This document shows, piece by piece, positions 1 to 10,006 of a stretch of 64,000 nucleotides of DNA. The notes beneath the pieces are model-generated. The model did not search any database and was not told where the DNA came from. It saw only the letters and a program-made list of their open reading frames with translations. How positions within the stretch are numbered: position 1 is the stretch's first letter; each line of letters opens with the position of its first letter. The DNA lies in the NCBI GenBank assembly GCA_030431455.1, contig JAUIJE010000005.1:387460-451459 (forward strand). The letters are read 5' to 3'. This stretch comes from a bacterium (lineage in GTDB: Bacteria > Myxococcota > UBA727 > JAUIJE01). The position numbers were made by a program, and so were the translations under genes.

Positions 1-294
1 GTGGGCGATGTCGCCCCCGAAGAGGTCGTCGATCTCGGCGAGCGTGGCCAATGTGTCTTCCACGGTGTCGTGGAGAAGCCCGGTGCACACGCTGGCTTCA
101 TCGAGGTGGAGCTCGGCGAGGATGCCCGCTACCGCGAGGGGGTGAATGAGGTACGGCTCACCCGTCTTGCGCACCTGCCCGGCGTGCACCTTCGCCGAGT
201 ACACGTACGCTTTTTTGATCAAGTCGACGTCCGCCTCCGGGTGGTAGGAGGTGACTTGATCGATGATGTCATTCAACCGCGGCGTATTGGGCAT
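1..294 (-). CDS. rel: (p)ppGpp synthetase/hydrolase RelA/SpoT, N-terminal HD-domain fragment (gene runs off the left edge)
   Basis: Manual minus-strand translation from ATG at 292-294 gives MPNTPRLNDIIDQVTSYHPEADVDLIKKAYVYSAKVHAGQVRKTGEPYLIHPLAVAGILAELHLDEASVCTGLLHDTVEDT. This closely matches the SpoT/RelA N-terminus (GQ.R.SGEPY..HP..VA.ILAE..LD....A.LLHDV.EDT). It is absent from the ORF track because no stop lies in the window. Confidence 0.85.
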   Translation of the reverse strand, partial: MPNTPRLNDIIDQVTSYHPEADVDLIKKAYVYSAKVHAGQVRKTGEPYLIHPLAVAGILAELHLDEASVCTGLLHDTVEDTLATLAEIDDLFGGDIAH

Positions 295-394
295 GGCGCT
301 CTGAAGTTCGCTTCCTCAGCATAGCCTCGTTCGGGGGCCAAGGCACAAACAATGGATCGGCGCCCGGCGACCCTGCCCGTCGAGGTCGGCGCGG

Positions 395-1375
395 CTAAGA
401 CTTGGACACCCCGACCAACAGGTCCTTGAGCGCCGACGGCAACAGCGCCTGCGCACCGTCGGACCGGGCCCGGCCCGGCTGGTCATGGATTTCCACCAAT
501 ACGCCCGAGGCCCCGGCCGCGACCCCGGCGCGCAGCAACGGCCCGATGAGGTCACGACGACCGGCCGCGTGACTCGGGTCGACCACCACCGGCAACCGGT
601 GCACGTGGGAGAGCAAGGCGATGGCCCCCACGTCGAGCACGTTGCGCGTCTGGGGGTCGAAGCCGCGCACCCCGCGCTCGCAGAAGATCACCCCCGTGGC
701 CCCGGCGTACAGCAACCGCTCGCCGGCCAGGAGCCACTCCTCGACGGTGGCCGAAAAGCCACGCTTGAGCAGCACCGGGCGCTTCTGGGCCCCGACCGCG
801 TCGAGCAGCGGCCCGTGGTGCATGCTGCGCGCGCCCACCTGCAGCACATCGCACACCGCCCCACACGCGGCCGCCTGGGCGGCGTCGACGACCTCCGTGC
901 ACAGCCCGAGGTCGTGCTCGTCGGCGGCGGCGCGCAACCAGGCCAAGGCTTGCTGTCCGAGGCCGCGAAACGCGTAGGGCGACGTGCGCACCTTGTCCGC
1001 GCCCCCGCGCAAAAAATCGGCCCCCGCCGCCTTGGCCGCGGCCGCGAGGCGAAACACCTGGGCCTCGTCCTCGGCGCTGCACGGCCCGGCGAACACCACC
1101 GGCCGGCCCGCGTCCCCCACCGACAAGCCCCGCACCCGCAGGATCTCGGGGTGGGCATCGAGCAGCGGGTGCGGGCTTTGCGGCACCAAGACGTCGGCCA
1201 CCCCGTCGAGGGCGCGCAACACCGCAGGGTCGAGCGCGGCGGAGTCGGAGCGCACCACGACGCTGGTCCGCGCGGCGCTGGTCAGCACGCGCCCCCACAA
1301 CCCCAGCTCGGTCAGCTGGGCCATGGTGTGTTCGACATCGGCGTCGCGCTCGAGCAAGAGCACGTAAGGAACCAT
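395..1375 (-). CDS. 3-deoxy-7-phosphoheptulonate (DAHP) synthase, KDO8P/DAHPS type I-beta, with an N-terminal ~70 aa regulatory (ferredoxin/ACT-like) extension
   Basis: 326 aa. Motifs RGGADKVRTSPYAFRGLG, FCERGVRGFD and HRLPVVVDPSHAAGRRDL are typical of the NeuB/KdsA/AroG(Ibeta) TIM-barrel family. The N-terminal extension resembles Thermotoga-type regulated DAHPS. Confidence 0.8.
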   Translation of the reverse strand: MVPYVLLLERDADVEHTMAQLTELGLWGRVLTSAARTSVVVRSDSAALDPAVLRALDGVADVLVPQSPHPLLDAHPEILRVRGLSVGDAGRPVVFAGPCSAEDEAQVFRLAAAAKAAGADFLRGGADKVRTSPYAFRGLGQQALAWLRAAADEHDLGLCTEVVDAAQAAACGAVCDVLQVGARSMHHGPLLDAVGAQKRPVLLKRGFSATVEEWLLAGERLLYAGATGVIFCERGVRGFDPQTRNVLDVGAIALLSHVHRLPVVVDPSHAAGRRDLIGPLLRAGVAAGASGVLVEIHDQPGRARSDGAQALLPSALKDLLVGVSKS

Positions 1376-1378
1376 GGC

Positions 1379-2660
1379 CTACCCCGCGTCGCCCCCGTCG
1401 GGCCCGCCGGCGTCGACCCCGCCGGCGTCCGGCCCCCCGTCGGGGGACGCGGCGTCGGGGCTGCCGCCGTCCACCGCGGCGTCGGGCGCGCCCCCGTCGG
1501 TGAGCCCCGCGTCGGGCCCGGCGTCCGGCCCCGGCCCCCCGTCGGGGGAGACCACGTCGCAGCCCCCGTCGGGGATGGCGTTGAGCTCGACCACGGTGTC
1601 ACCGCCCACGCCCCCCTGGGCCTCGACCTGGGCGACGATGGCCTCGGCCGTGCATTGGGACAACGCGTCGTTGTTGGCGATCTCGAGCAGGCCGCCGACC
1701 TCGGCCAAGCTGCCCACGTCGACGCTGGTGAGGCTGTCGTTTTCCCAGAGGGAGAAGTCATCGAGCACGGTGGTGAGCAACGGGGCCGAGAATGAAGCTG
1801 CATTGGAGGCCCACAAGTTCAACGACTCGGCCCGGCGCAGGTTGGGGAACGACACCGTGCCCACGTTGTTGATCATGCTCACCGACCCGAGCAAACAGAC
1901 CTCGTCGGCGATGTCGTCGAGGTCGCCCGCGGTCTGGTAGGTGCCGTCGGCGTCGACGCAACAGTCCTCTTCGCTCTGCTGCGTCCCCCCGCACATCCAC
2001 CCGTTGGCGTCGTCGCAGGTGGCGACCCCGACCACGCTCAGGTTGGTGCAGTTGTCGAAACACGGGGGGGCGGTGCCGGGACACGGGCCACATTGGGCGA
2101 GAGGAAAACCCATCTGGCAGCGCCAGGCGGACCCGGCGCACACCATCGGCATGGTCTGGACCGCTTGGCAGTCGGCCACGCACACGTCGGGGGTCCCTTC
2201 ACAATCGAACGTTTGGCACGCGTCGAGGTCGGGCAGGTACTGGAACTGACACTCCCACTCGCCTTCGTTGCAGATTTGCCCCGGGGCCGGCTCGCCCCAG
2301 CACGTGGTGTCGGGACAGTCGGTGCGCAACACCCCCTCGTCGCACACCTCGCGTCCGTCGACGCACGACGCGGTGCCGATGGTGGTCTCGTCCCCGCAGC
2401 CGACGTAACAGACATTGGGCGTGGCCGGGCACTCGTTGCCCACGTCGATCTCGCAGGCCGCGGGGCGATCGACCGCGCCCGGGGTCTCGCAGGTGCCGCA
2501 CTCGCAGGCCAAGCCCGCGTTGCAGTCGAGGTCGGTGCCGCACGCGCCGCCTTCGGCCACCCCCTCGAGGGGGCCGGGGGCGAGCAAAAAACACCCCGTC
2601 GACAGCGCGACCGCAAACAAGCCGAGGCCCAAGGCCCCCCGAGGCGAAAACGCTTTCATA
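1379..2660 (-). CDS. secreted cysteine-rich protein with a leucine-rich C-terminal module and a Pro/Asp/Gly/Ala low-complexity tail
   Basis: The ORF 1379..3265 is long, but the only plausible start is MKAFSPRGALGLGLFAVALSTGC (ATG at 2658-2660, signal peptide-like). It has more than 40 Cys in CxxC/CxC patterns. The C-terminus is (GGPDAG)-like low complexity. The upstream 200 aa of the ORF are composition artefact. Confidence 0.6.
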
Positions 2661-2733
2661 CGGGGGATGTACCATGAACGACGCGGCGGGGCCGCCCCAA
2701 AGCCGGCCCCGGGGCGCCCGACCGCCGCCGCGT

Positions 2734-4533
2734 TCACAGCGGCATGCGCAACCGGAAGGTCGCGCCCGCGCCGGGCACCGACTCCGCCCGCACCTCGCCG
2801 TGGTGGTCTTTGGCCACCTTGCGCACCACCGCGAGCCCGAGCCCGGTGCCCTCTTCTTTGCCGTGGGTGGCGAACGACTCGAACAGCCGGCCTTGAATCT
2901 CCGGCGCCAGCCCCGGGCCGGTGTCGGCGCAGGCGAACTCGATCTGGTCGCCCACTTGCGAAATCGTCAACGTGAACCGGCCGCCCGCGTCCCCCATCGC
3001 TTCCTTGGCGTTTTTCGCGAGGTTGGCCAGGGCCCGCTTGAGCTTGACCTCGTCGAGGCGCGCCGACCCTTTGTATTGGGTCTCGACCGCCACCGTCACC
3101 GGGCTGTCTTTGAACAACGCGCGGAGCATGTCCTCGAGGTCGCGGGCCAGGTGTTGGCAGTACACCTTGCGCAGGAGCAGATCCGTGTCCCCGCGGGCGA
3201 ACCGCAACAGCTCCTTGGTCATGCTCGTCATCTGCTCGGTCTGTTTGACCACGATCTCGGCGCACCGGGCGCGTTCGGCCTCGTCGTCCTCCGACTCCAT
3301 CAACTGGACATAGCCAGAGATGATCGTCATGGGGGTCTTGAAATCGTGCACAATGCCGCTCAACATGTGGCCGATGGTCTTGAGCTGTTCGTCCTTCTTG
3401 GACTGGTCACGGCGTTTGGCGAGGATGAGCGCCCCCGCCACCCGGCCCGCGACCAGGCTGAGGATGCGCACGTCCTCGTCGGTGAACGGCACCTGTCCCG
3501 GCCCGCGCAACACCTCGAGGGCGCCCATGGCCGCGCCGGTGGTCTTGATCGGCACGCAGGCCACCGGTCCCGCGGGGAAGCCGATCTCGGCGGCCAGCGA
3601 GCGATCGTGCCGCGCGTCCTGCTGGGCGTCGGGGATGTTGATGACCTCCCCGCTCTCCACACACGCCCCGACGAGCCCGTGTTTGGGCGAGAGCGCCCGG
3701 CGGAGCAGCACCTCGCCCGGGGTGGTGGCCGCGGTGAACACCAAGCCAGCGGTCTTGTGGTCGACGACGGCCACGCTGGCCGCGCCCGCGTGGGTGATGC
3801 CCTGGATGCGTTCACAGATGACGTCGAACAGCTCCTGGGGATCTTGGGCCGCGGCCATGTGGTGCTCGAGCTCGACGAGGAAATCGAGCTCACGCACCCG
3901 CCGGGTCAGCCCCGCCTCGGCCTTCTCCAACGAGCGGGCCTTCTCGCGCAGCTCCTCGAACATCAGCGCATCGGTCAGCGCCACCGACACCTGGTGGGAC
4001 ACCGCCTCGAGCAGCCGCTCGTCGGTGGCGGAAAAGCCCCCGCCCCGTTTGTTGAGCGCCTCGACCACGCCCATCGGCTTGTCCCCTTTGCCCGGGATGG
4101 GCACGCACAGAAGATTGCGCGTGCGGTAGCCGGTCTGCTGGTCGACGTCCCGCTTGAACCGCTCGTCGGCGTAAGCGTCCGGCAGGTGCAGGGCCACGCC
4201 GGTCTTGGCCACCGTGCCCGCCACCCCCTGCCCGAGGGGCACGCGGATCTCCTTGGGGCCGTCCTCGGTCTTGTCCAGCCCCTCGGCCACCCGGCTCCAC
4301 AGTTCGCCCCGGTCCTCGTCCACCAAGAACAAGCTGGCCCGCTCACAGTCCACCAACTCGCTCACCTGGGCGATGATGTCGTCGAGCAGGGTGTCGAGTT
4401 CGAGACGACCGAGCAGGGCCTTGGCCGTCTTCTGCATCGACCGCAGACGTTTGCGGGACAGCTCCAGCGCGGCCTCGAGGGCGGCGTTCTCGTCGAGCAG
4501 CTCTTCGCGGGAGGGGGATTCGGCTTCGCTCAT
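2734..4533 (-). CDS. sensor histidine kinase with two GAF domains (GAF-GAF-HisKA-HATPase_c)
   Basis: 599 aa. H-box IVHDFKTPMTIISGY. G-boxes ADTGPGLAPE and GTGLGLAVV. Two GAF-like regions. The start codon overlaps the polA stop by 1 nt (TGATGA). Confidence 0.85.
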   Translation of the reverse strand: MSEAESPSREELLDENAALEAALELSRKRLRSMQKTAKALLGRLELDTLLDDIIAQVSELVDCERASLFLVDEDRGELWSRVAEGLDKTEDGPKEIRVPLGQGVAGTVAKTGVALHLPDAYADERFKRDVDQQTGYRTRNLLCVPIPGKGDKPMGVVEALNKRGGGFSATDERLLEAVSHQVSVALTDALMFEELREKARSLEKAEAGLTRRVRELDFLVELEHHMAAAQDPQELFDVICERIQGITHAGAASVAVVDHKTAGLVFTAATTPGEVLLRRALSPKHGLVGACVESGEVINIPDAQQDARHDRSLAAEIGFPAGPVACVPIKTTGAAMGALEVLRGPGQVPFTDEDVRILSLVAGRVAGALILAKRRDQSKKDEQLKTIGHMLSGIVHDFKTPMTIISGYVQLMESEDDEAERARCAEIVVKQTEQMTSMTKELLRFARGDTDLLLRKVYCQHLARDLEDMLRALFKDSPVTVAVETQYKGSARLDEVKLKRALANLAKNAKEAMGDAGGRFTLTISQVGDQIEFACADTGPGLAPEIQGRLFESFATHGKEEGTGLGLAVVRKVAKDHHGEVRAESVPGAGATFRLRMPL

Positions 4534-7292
4534 CAGTGTACCTCGGCCCAGTTGTCACCAATGCCACTGTCCACGAGAAGGGGCACGTCGAGCTCGGCCG
4601 CGGACAGCATCGCCGCCCCCACCAGGTCGCGGGTGGCGGGCGCGTCCTCTTCGTCGACCTCGAGCAACAGTTCGTCGTGGACCTGCAGCAGCAGCTTGGC
4701 CGCGGGCAGCTCTTTGCGCAGGGCCGCGTCGGCGTTGAGCATGGCGCGTTTGATGATGTCCGCGGCCGAGCCCTGGATGGGGGTGTTGATCGCCAAGCGC
4801 TCGCCCCGGGCGACCTCGCCACGGTTTTTGCTGTACAGCTCGGGCAACAGCCGTCGACGACCAAACAGGGTGGTGACAAACCCGTCCTTTTTCGCCTGCA
4901 CCAGCGCGTCGTCGTGCCATTGGCGAAAGCCGCCGTAGCGCTCGAAGTATTTGTTGATGAACGCCTTGGCCTCGGCGCGTTTGATGCCGAGCTCCCGGGC
5001 GAGCCGGAGCACCCCCATGCCGTAGAGCAAACCGAAGTTGATCGCCTTGGCCGCGGTGCGTTCGTCCTTGCTCACCTCGTCGAGGGCCTTGTCAAAAATC
5101 TCCGCCGCGGTGCGCCGGTGCACGTCCTCACCCTTTTGAAAGGTGTCGAGCATGACCGGGTCTTTTGTCACGTGGGCGAGCAAGCGCAGCTCAATCTGTG
5201 AATAGTCGAGGGACACGAGCTTCTTGCCCGGTGGGGCGATGAACGCCTGGCGAATGCGCCGCCCGAGGGGGGTGCGCGCGGGGATGTTCTGGAGGTTGGG
5301 CTCCGACGACGACAGGCGCCCGGTGGCGGCCACCGTCTGGTTGAACCGGGTGTGCACCCGCCCGGTGTCGGGCCGGATGATGCGCGGCAGCACGTCGATG
5401 TAGGTGTTCTTGAGCTTGGCCAGGACCCGGTGCTCGAGCACGATCTGGGGCAAGGGGTGTTTGTCCGCGAGCTGTTCGAGCACCGACGAGTCGGTGGACG
5501 CGCCGGTCTTGGTGCGCTTGACCACCTTGAGCCCGATTTTGTCGAACAGAAGCTCGGCCAGCTGCGACGGCGATTGCAGGTTGAACTCCTCGCCCGCGGC
5601 GTCGTACGCGCGTTTTTCGAGGTCAGCGAGTTCGGCCTCGAAGTCTTCGCCCACCAGGGCGAGCTTCTCGGTGTCGACGAGCACGCCCGCCGCTTCCATG
5701 CGCGCGAGCACCGGCTCCAGGGGCAGCTCGAGATCGGTGTAGAGGGTCTTGAGCTCGGCCTCGGCCAAGGCCTCGTCCATCTGGGGGGCGAGGTTGGCCA
5801 ATGTGTCTGTGCGCTGGTTGGCGTAGCGGGCGCACTCGTCCTTGTCGGTGAGCGCGTAGGGCTTTTGGCCTTTGCCCTTGCCCCGGATCGCGGTGTCCTC
5901 GAGCAGCTCCACGCCGAGGCGCCGCTTGGCCACCGCCTCGAGGTTGTGCCGGTCTTGGCTCGGGTCGAGCAGGTAGCTGGCCAGGGTCACGTCCGTGACC
6001 AGGCGCAGCTCGGGCCCGTGTTGGTCGAGCACCGCGCGCAGCGCGTCTTTGGCGTCGGCCGCGACCAGGCCCCGGCCCCGGATGCGCTCGAGCACGTCGG
6101 TGAGGGGGATGCGCACATCGGTGATGCGGTCGTCGTGGGCCACGGGCACGTACAGGGGGGACACAAACTCGTGGGCCACGGACAGGCCGATGACCTGGTC
6201 GGGGGCCGCCTCGGTGCGGTCGACGAGCACGTGCACCGCGAGCGGGCCGTCCTTGGGCAGGGCTTTCAGATACTTGTCGACGTCGTCCAGCGAAGTTGCC
6301 ACCGCGTACCCGCTCTCGTCGAGGGTCATCTCGGGGGCCACGGGTTCGCTCGGGCCGAACAGCTCTTGTTGGGGATGGCCCGCGGGCACGGCCGGCTTTT
6401 TGGGCACGTTCGCGCCCGACACGAGGGGGTCATCGAGCAGGCGGGTGAACTCAAACTCCACGAACAGCGCGGTGAGTTCGTCCTTGTTGGGGCCGGTGTA
6501 CTTGAGGTCGTCGAGGCGGAGGTTCAGGTCGAGGTCACACTTGATGCCCACCAACTGCTTGGACAGCCGGGCGTCGTCGGCGTGCTCGATCAGGCGCTCG
6601 CGCCGGGCCTTTTGTTTGATCTCGGGGGCGGCGGCGAGCACCGCCTCCAGGTCTCCATATTCATTGACGAGCTGGGCCGCGGTCTTGACCCCGATGCCCT
6701 TGACCCCAGGCACATTGTCGGAGCTGTCGCCGGCGAGGGCGAGCACATCGACCACCCGGGCGGGGGGCACGCCGAACTTCTCCTCGACCTCCTGGGCCGT
6801 GACCTCGGGCGAATCCGCCCCGCGCCCGGTGCGCATGTCGTCGATGAGGGTGACCTGGTCGTCGACCAGCTGCATCAAGTCCTTGTCCCCGGTGATGATC
6901 TTCACGGGGTGGCCAAGATCCTTGAACCGCAGCGCGGCGGTGCCGAGCACGTCGTCGGCCTCGACCCCAGCCATGGACAGGCGCGGGATCTGAAAGGCGT
7001 CCACCACCTCCTGGATGCGCGGCAATTGGGGCGGCAGCTCCTCGGGCGGTGGCGGCCGATTGGCCTTGTAGGCCGGGTAGAGCTCATGTCGGAACGTCTC
7101 GCCCCCCACGTCGAAGGCGATGGCCAGGTAGGCCGGCTCCCGCTCGCGGATGACCTTGAGCAGCATGTTGGCGAAGCCGTAGATCGCGTTGGTGGGGAAC
7201 CCATCGGTGGTGGACAGACGGCGCAGTGCGTAAAAAGCGCGGTAGATGTAGCCCGAGCCGTCGATGAGGTAGATGGTCGGTTTTTGGGCCAT
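4533..7292 (-). CDS. polA: DNA polymerase I
   Basis: 919 aa. It has a 5'-3' exonuclease N-terminus (IYLIDGSGYIYRAFYA), a 3'-5' exonuclease domain, and a family A polymerase domain (DYSQIELR, QVHDELL). Confidence 0.95.
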   Translation of the reverse strand: MAQKPTIYLIDGSGYIYRAFYALRRLSTTDGFPTNAIYGFANMLLKVIREREPAYLAIAFDVGGETFRHELYPAYKANRPPPPEELPPQLPRIQEVVDAFQIPRLSMAGVEADDVLGTAALRFKDLGHPVKIITGDKDLMQLVDDQVTLIDDMRTGRGADSPEVTAQEVEEKFGVPPARVVDVLALAGDSSDNVPGVKGIGVKTAAQLVNEYGDLEAVLAAAPEIKQKARRERLIEHADDARLSKQLVGIKCDLDLNLRLDDLKYTGPNKDELTALFVEFEFTRLLDDPLVSGANVPKKPAVPAGHPQQELFGPSEPVAPEMTLDESGYAVATSLDDVDKYLKALPKDGPLAVHVLVDRTEAAPDQVIGLSVAHEFVSPLYVPVAHDDRITDVRIPLTDVLERIRGRGLVAADAKDALRAVLDQHGPELRLVTDVTLASYLLDPSQDRHNLEAVAKRRLGVELLEDTAIRGKGKGQKPYALTDKDECARYANQRTDTLANLAPQMDEALAEAELKTLYTDLELPLEPVLARMEAAGVLVDTEKLALVGEDFEAELADLEKRAYDAAGEEFNLQSPSQLAELLFDKIGLKVVKRTKTGASTDSSVLEQLADKHPLPQIVLEHRVLAKLKNTYIDVLPRIIRPDTGRVHTRFNQTVAATGRLSSSEPNLQNIPARTPLGRRIRQAFIAPPGKKLVSLDYSQIELRLLAHVTKDPVMLDTFQKGEDVHRRTAAEIFDKALDEVSKDERTAAKAINFGLLYGMGVLRLARELGIKRAEAKAFINKYFERYGGFRQWHDDALVQAKKDGFVTTLFGRRRLLPELYSKNRGEVARGERLAINTPIQGSAADIIKRAMLNADAALRKELPAAKLLLQVHDELLLEVDEEDAPATRDLVGAAMLSAAELDVPLLVDSGIGDNWAEVH

Positions 7293-7430
7293 GGTGTTTC
7301 CGGGGCAGGACCTGGGGCCGCCCCAGAGGGCCGGCCGCGTTGACGGACAAAGCAGGCCTTATTACGTCGAAAAGGGTCACAGATCGACGGGGCAGTCCCC
7401 TCCGCGCGGTCCTTTTCCCTGAGGTTTTCG

Positions 7431-8624
7431 ATGAAACGGTTCGGCTCCGAAGAAATTGTGTTCCTGTCCGCCAAACGCACCGCGTTCGGCGCGTTCGGTG
7501 GGTCGCTGACCAAGATGAGCGCGACCGATCTCGGGGTCGAAGCGTCCCGCGCCGCGATCACCCAAGCCGGGGTCAAGCCCGACCAGATCGACCACGTCAT
7601 CTTCGGCAACGTGATGCAGACGTCCGCGGACGCCATCTACCTCGCCCGCCACATCGGCCTGCGCTGTGAGGTGCCCGAGAGCGTCGGCGCCCTCACGCTC
7701 AACCGTCTGTGCGGCTCTGGCTTCCAAGCCATCGTCAACGGCGCCCACCAGCTCCTGCTCGGCGACAGCGAGTGCGTGCTCGTCGGGGGCACCGAGTCCA
7801 TGAGCCAGGCCCCGCACGTCATCCGCGGCGCCCGGTGGGGCATCCCCCTCGGCAAAGGCGACCTCGAGGACAGCCTCTGGCAAGCCCTGACCGATTCCTA
7901 CACCGGCATGCCCATGGCGATCACCGCCGAGAACCTCGCCGAGCAATACAAAATCTCGCAAGAAGAGGTCGATGCCTATTCGGTGCGTTCGCAGCAATTG
8001 CACGCCGAAGCGCAGAACAAGGGCCGCTACGACGACGAGATCGTGCCCGTCGAGGTCAAGAGCAAGCGCAAGACCGTGGTGTTCGACAAGGACGAGCACG
8101 GCCGGCCCGAGACCACCGTCGAGGGTCTCAAGAAGTTGCCCAAGGTGTTCAAAAAGGACGGCGTGATTCACGCCGGGGCCGCGTCGGGCATCTGCGACGG
8201 GGCCGCGGCCATGGTCATGACCACCAAGCGCTACGCGGACAAGCACGGGCTCAAGCCCATCGGCCGCCTGGCCAACTGGGGCGTGGCCGGTTGTGACCCC
8301 AAGATCATGGGCATCGGTCCCGTGCCCGCGATGCGCGCCATGCTCGCCCGGGCCGAGTGCACCCTCGACGACGTGGACCTGGTCGACGTCAACGAAGCGT
8401 TCGCGCCCCAGGTGCTCGCGGTGCAAAAAGAGCTCAAGATCCCCGACGAGAAGTTCAACCTCGACGGGGGCGCCATCGCCATCGGCCACCCCCTGGCCGC
8501 GTCGGGGGCGAAGATCACCACCCACCTGCTGTACATGTTGCAGCAACGCAACCTCAAGACCGCCATCGGGTCCGCCTGCATCGGCGGGGGCCAAGGCATC
8601 TCGGTGCTCATCGAAGCGATCTGA
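7431..8624 (+). CDS. acetyl-CoA C-acetyltransferase (thiolase II)
   Basis: 397 aa. Thiolase signatures NRLCGSGFQA, NEAFAPQVLA and the C-terminal GGGQGISVLIE. Confidence 0.9.
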   Translation: MKRFGSEEIVFLSAKRTAFGAFGGSLTKMSATDLGVEASRAAITQAGVKPDQIDHVIFGNVMQTSADAIYLARHIGLRCEVPESVGALTLNRLCGSGFQAIVNGAHQLLLGDSECVLVGGTESMSQAPHVIRGARWGIPLGKGDLEDSLWQALTDSYTGMPMAITAENLAEQYKISQEEVDAYSVRSQQLHAEAQNKGRYDDEIVPVEVKSKRKTVVFDKDEHGRPETTVEGLKKLPKVFKKDGVIHAGAASGICDGAAAMVMTTKRYADKHGLKPIGRLANWGVAGCDPKIMGIGPVPAMRAMLARAECTLDDVDLVDVNEAFAPQVLAVQKELKIPDEKFNLDGGAIAIGHPLAASGAKITTHLLYMLQQRNLKTAIGSACIGGGQGISVLIEAI

Positions 8625-8630
8625 TCGCGC

Positions 8631-9947
8631 GTGTCTCTACCCCGCCGCCGCCCCCGGCGGCGGGCCGGCTCGTCTCTCTCCCCGGAGGCCCAGGTGTCCA
8701 ATAGCATTGCAGACGGCGACATCATCTACGACTGGAACAACGTCAAGCGACGCGGTCGCATCTTCAACAAGAAGATCGAGCTGTGCGACGAGACCCTGCG
8801 CGACGGGATCCAGAGTCCGTCGGTGGTGGACCCGCCCATCGAGACCAAGTTCGAGATGGTGCACCTCATGGACAACCTCGGCATCACCGTGGCCGACATC
8901 GGCCTGCCCGGGGCCGGCCCCCGCGCGGTCGAGGACGTCACCCGCATCGCCACCTACATGCGCGACGAGAAGCTCACCATGCAGGCCACCTGCGCGGCCC
9001 GCACCGTGGTCAAGGACATCGAGCCCATCGTGCGCATCCGCGACGAGGTCGGCATCCCCATCGCCGCGTATTGTTTTTTGGGCACCAGCCCGATTCGCCA
9101 GTACGCCGAGGACTGGAACTTCGACCGCTTGCTCAAGTCCACCGACGAGGCGATCTCGTTCGCGGTGAAAAACGACCTCGAGGTCGCGTTCGTCACCGAG
9201 GACACCATCCGCTCACGTCCACAAACATTGGACAAGCTCTTCCGCCACGCCATCAGCCTCGGCTGTCGCCGGCTCACCCTGTGTGACACCGTGGGCCACG
9301 CCACCCCCGACGGCATCCGCAACCTCGTGGACTGGACCCGCAACATCATCGAAGCCACCGGCGAGGACGTGAAGCTCGACTGGCACGGCCACAACGACCG
9401 CGGGCTCGGGGTGAGCAACGCCATCTTTGCCCTCGAGTACGGCTGCGACCGCGCCCACGGCACCTGCCTCGGCGTGGGCGAACGGGTGGGCAACGCCTCC
9501 CTCGACCAGCTCATCCTCAACCTCAAGCTCATGGGCGTGTACGAGCACGACGTCAGCCACCTGGTACAGTACTGCCGCCTCACCGCCGAGGCGTGTCGCG
9601 TGGCTGTCCCCGAGAACTACCCCCTGGTGGGCCGCGACGCGTTCCGCACCGCCACCGGCGTCCACGCCGCCGCCGTGATCAAGGCCGAGAAGAAGGGCGA
9701 GGACCTGCTCGCGGACATGATCTACTCGGGGGTGCCCGCGGGCTGGTTCGGGCGGGAGCAGGAGATCGAAATCGGCCACATGAGCGGCCTGTCCAACGTG
9801 CGCTACTGGCTCGAAAAGCGCCAGCTGCCCACCGACGAGGGTTTGGTCGAGCGCATCTTCGCCCGGGCCAAGGCGAGCAACCGTGTGCTGCGCGAGGACG
9901 AGGTCTGGGACATCGTCAAACGGTTCCAGGCCGAGACCCAAGCCTGA
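8631..9947 (+). CDS. 2-isopropylmalate synthase/homocitrate synthase family (DRE-TIM metallolyase, HMGL-like) protein, short form lacking the LeuA C-terminal regulatory domain
   Basis: 438 aa. LCDETLRDGIQSP (DRE motif) and LDWHGHNDRGLGVSNA (HxH metal motif). Substrate specificity cannot be assigned from sequence alone. The start could be an internal GTG. Confidence 0.7.
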   Translation: MSLPRRRPRRRAGSSLSPEAQVSNSIADGDIIYDWNNVKRRGRIFNKKIELCDETLRDGIQSPSVVDPPIETKFEMVHLMDNLGITVADIGLPGAGPRAVEDVTRIATYMRDEKLTMQATCAARTVVKDIEPIVRIRDEVGIPIAAYCFLGTSPIRQYAEDWNFDRLLKSTDEAISFAVKNDLEVAFVTEDTIRSRPQTLDKLFRHAISLGCRRLTLCDTVGHATPDGIRNLVDWTRNIIEATGEDVKLDWHGHNDRGLGVSNAIFALEYGCDRAHGTCLGVGERVGNASLDQLILNLKLMGVYEHDVSHLVQYCRLTAEACRVAVPENYPLVGRDAFRTATGVHAAAVIKAEKKGEDLLADMIYSGVPAGWFGREQEIEIGHMSGLSNVRYWLEKRQLPTDEGLVERIFARAKASNRVLREDEVWDIVKRFQAETQA

Positions 9948-10006
9948 CCGCCCGCCGGCGCGCCGCGGGTGACACAACCTAGGCGCGCGCCCCGATCCAA
10001 AGTAGG

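Noticed and set aside
1-324. 107 aa plus-strand ORF at the left edge
   Set aside because: It is antisense to the strongly supported RelA/SpoT N-terminal coding sequence on the minus strand.
485-1795. Long antisense or alternate-frame ORFs throughout the window (e.g. 485..1795+, 2674..4938+, 5352..7343+, 7377..8594-, 9803..10996-, 14906..16675-, 17902..19839+, 19776..21086+, 21179..22357-, 25330..27144+, 30311..32638-, 33448..35424-, 36944..38635+, 38419..40629+, 46123..48432+, 48900..51410-)
   Set aside because: Their composition is Arg/Gly/Ala/Pro-dominated, and they overlap confidently identified genes on the opposite strand or in another frame. This is the expected result of stop-codon depletion in 70% GC DNA.
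7293-7430. TTGACG...TATTAC sigma-70-like elements in the polA/thiolase divergent region
   Set aside because: The spacer is only 14 nt and the -10 is poor, so this is not convincing without TSS data.
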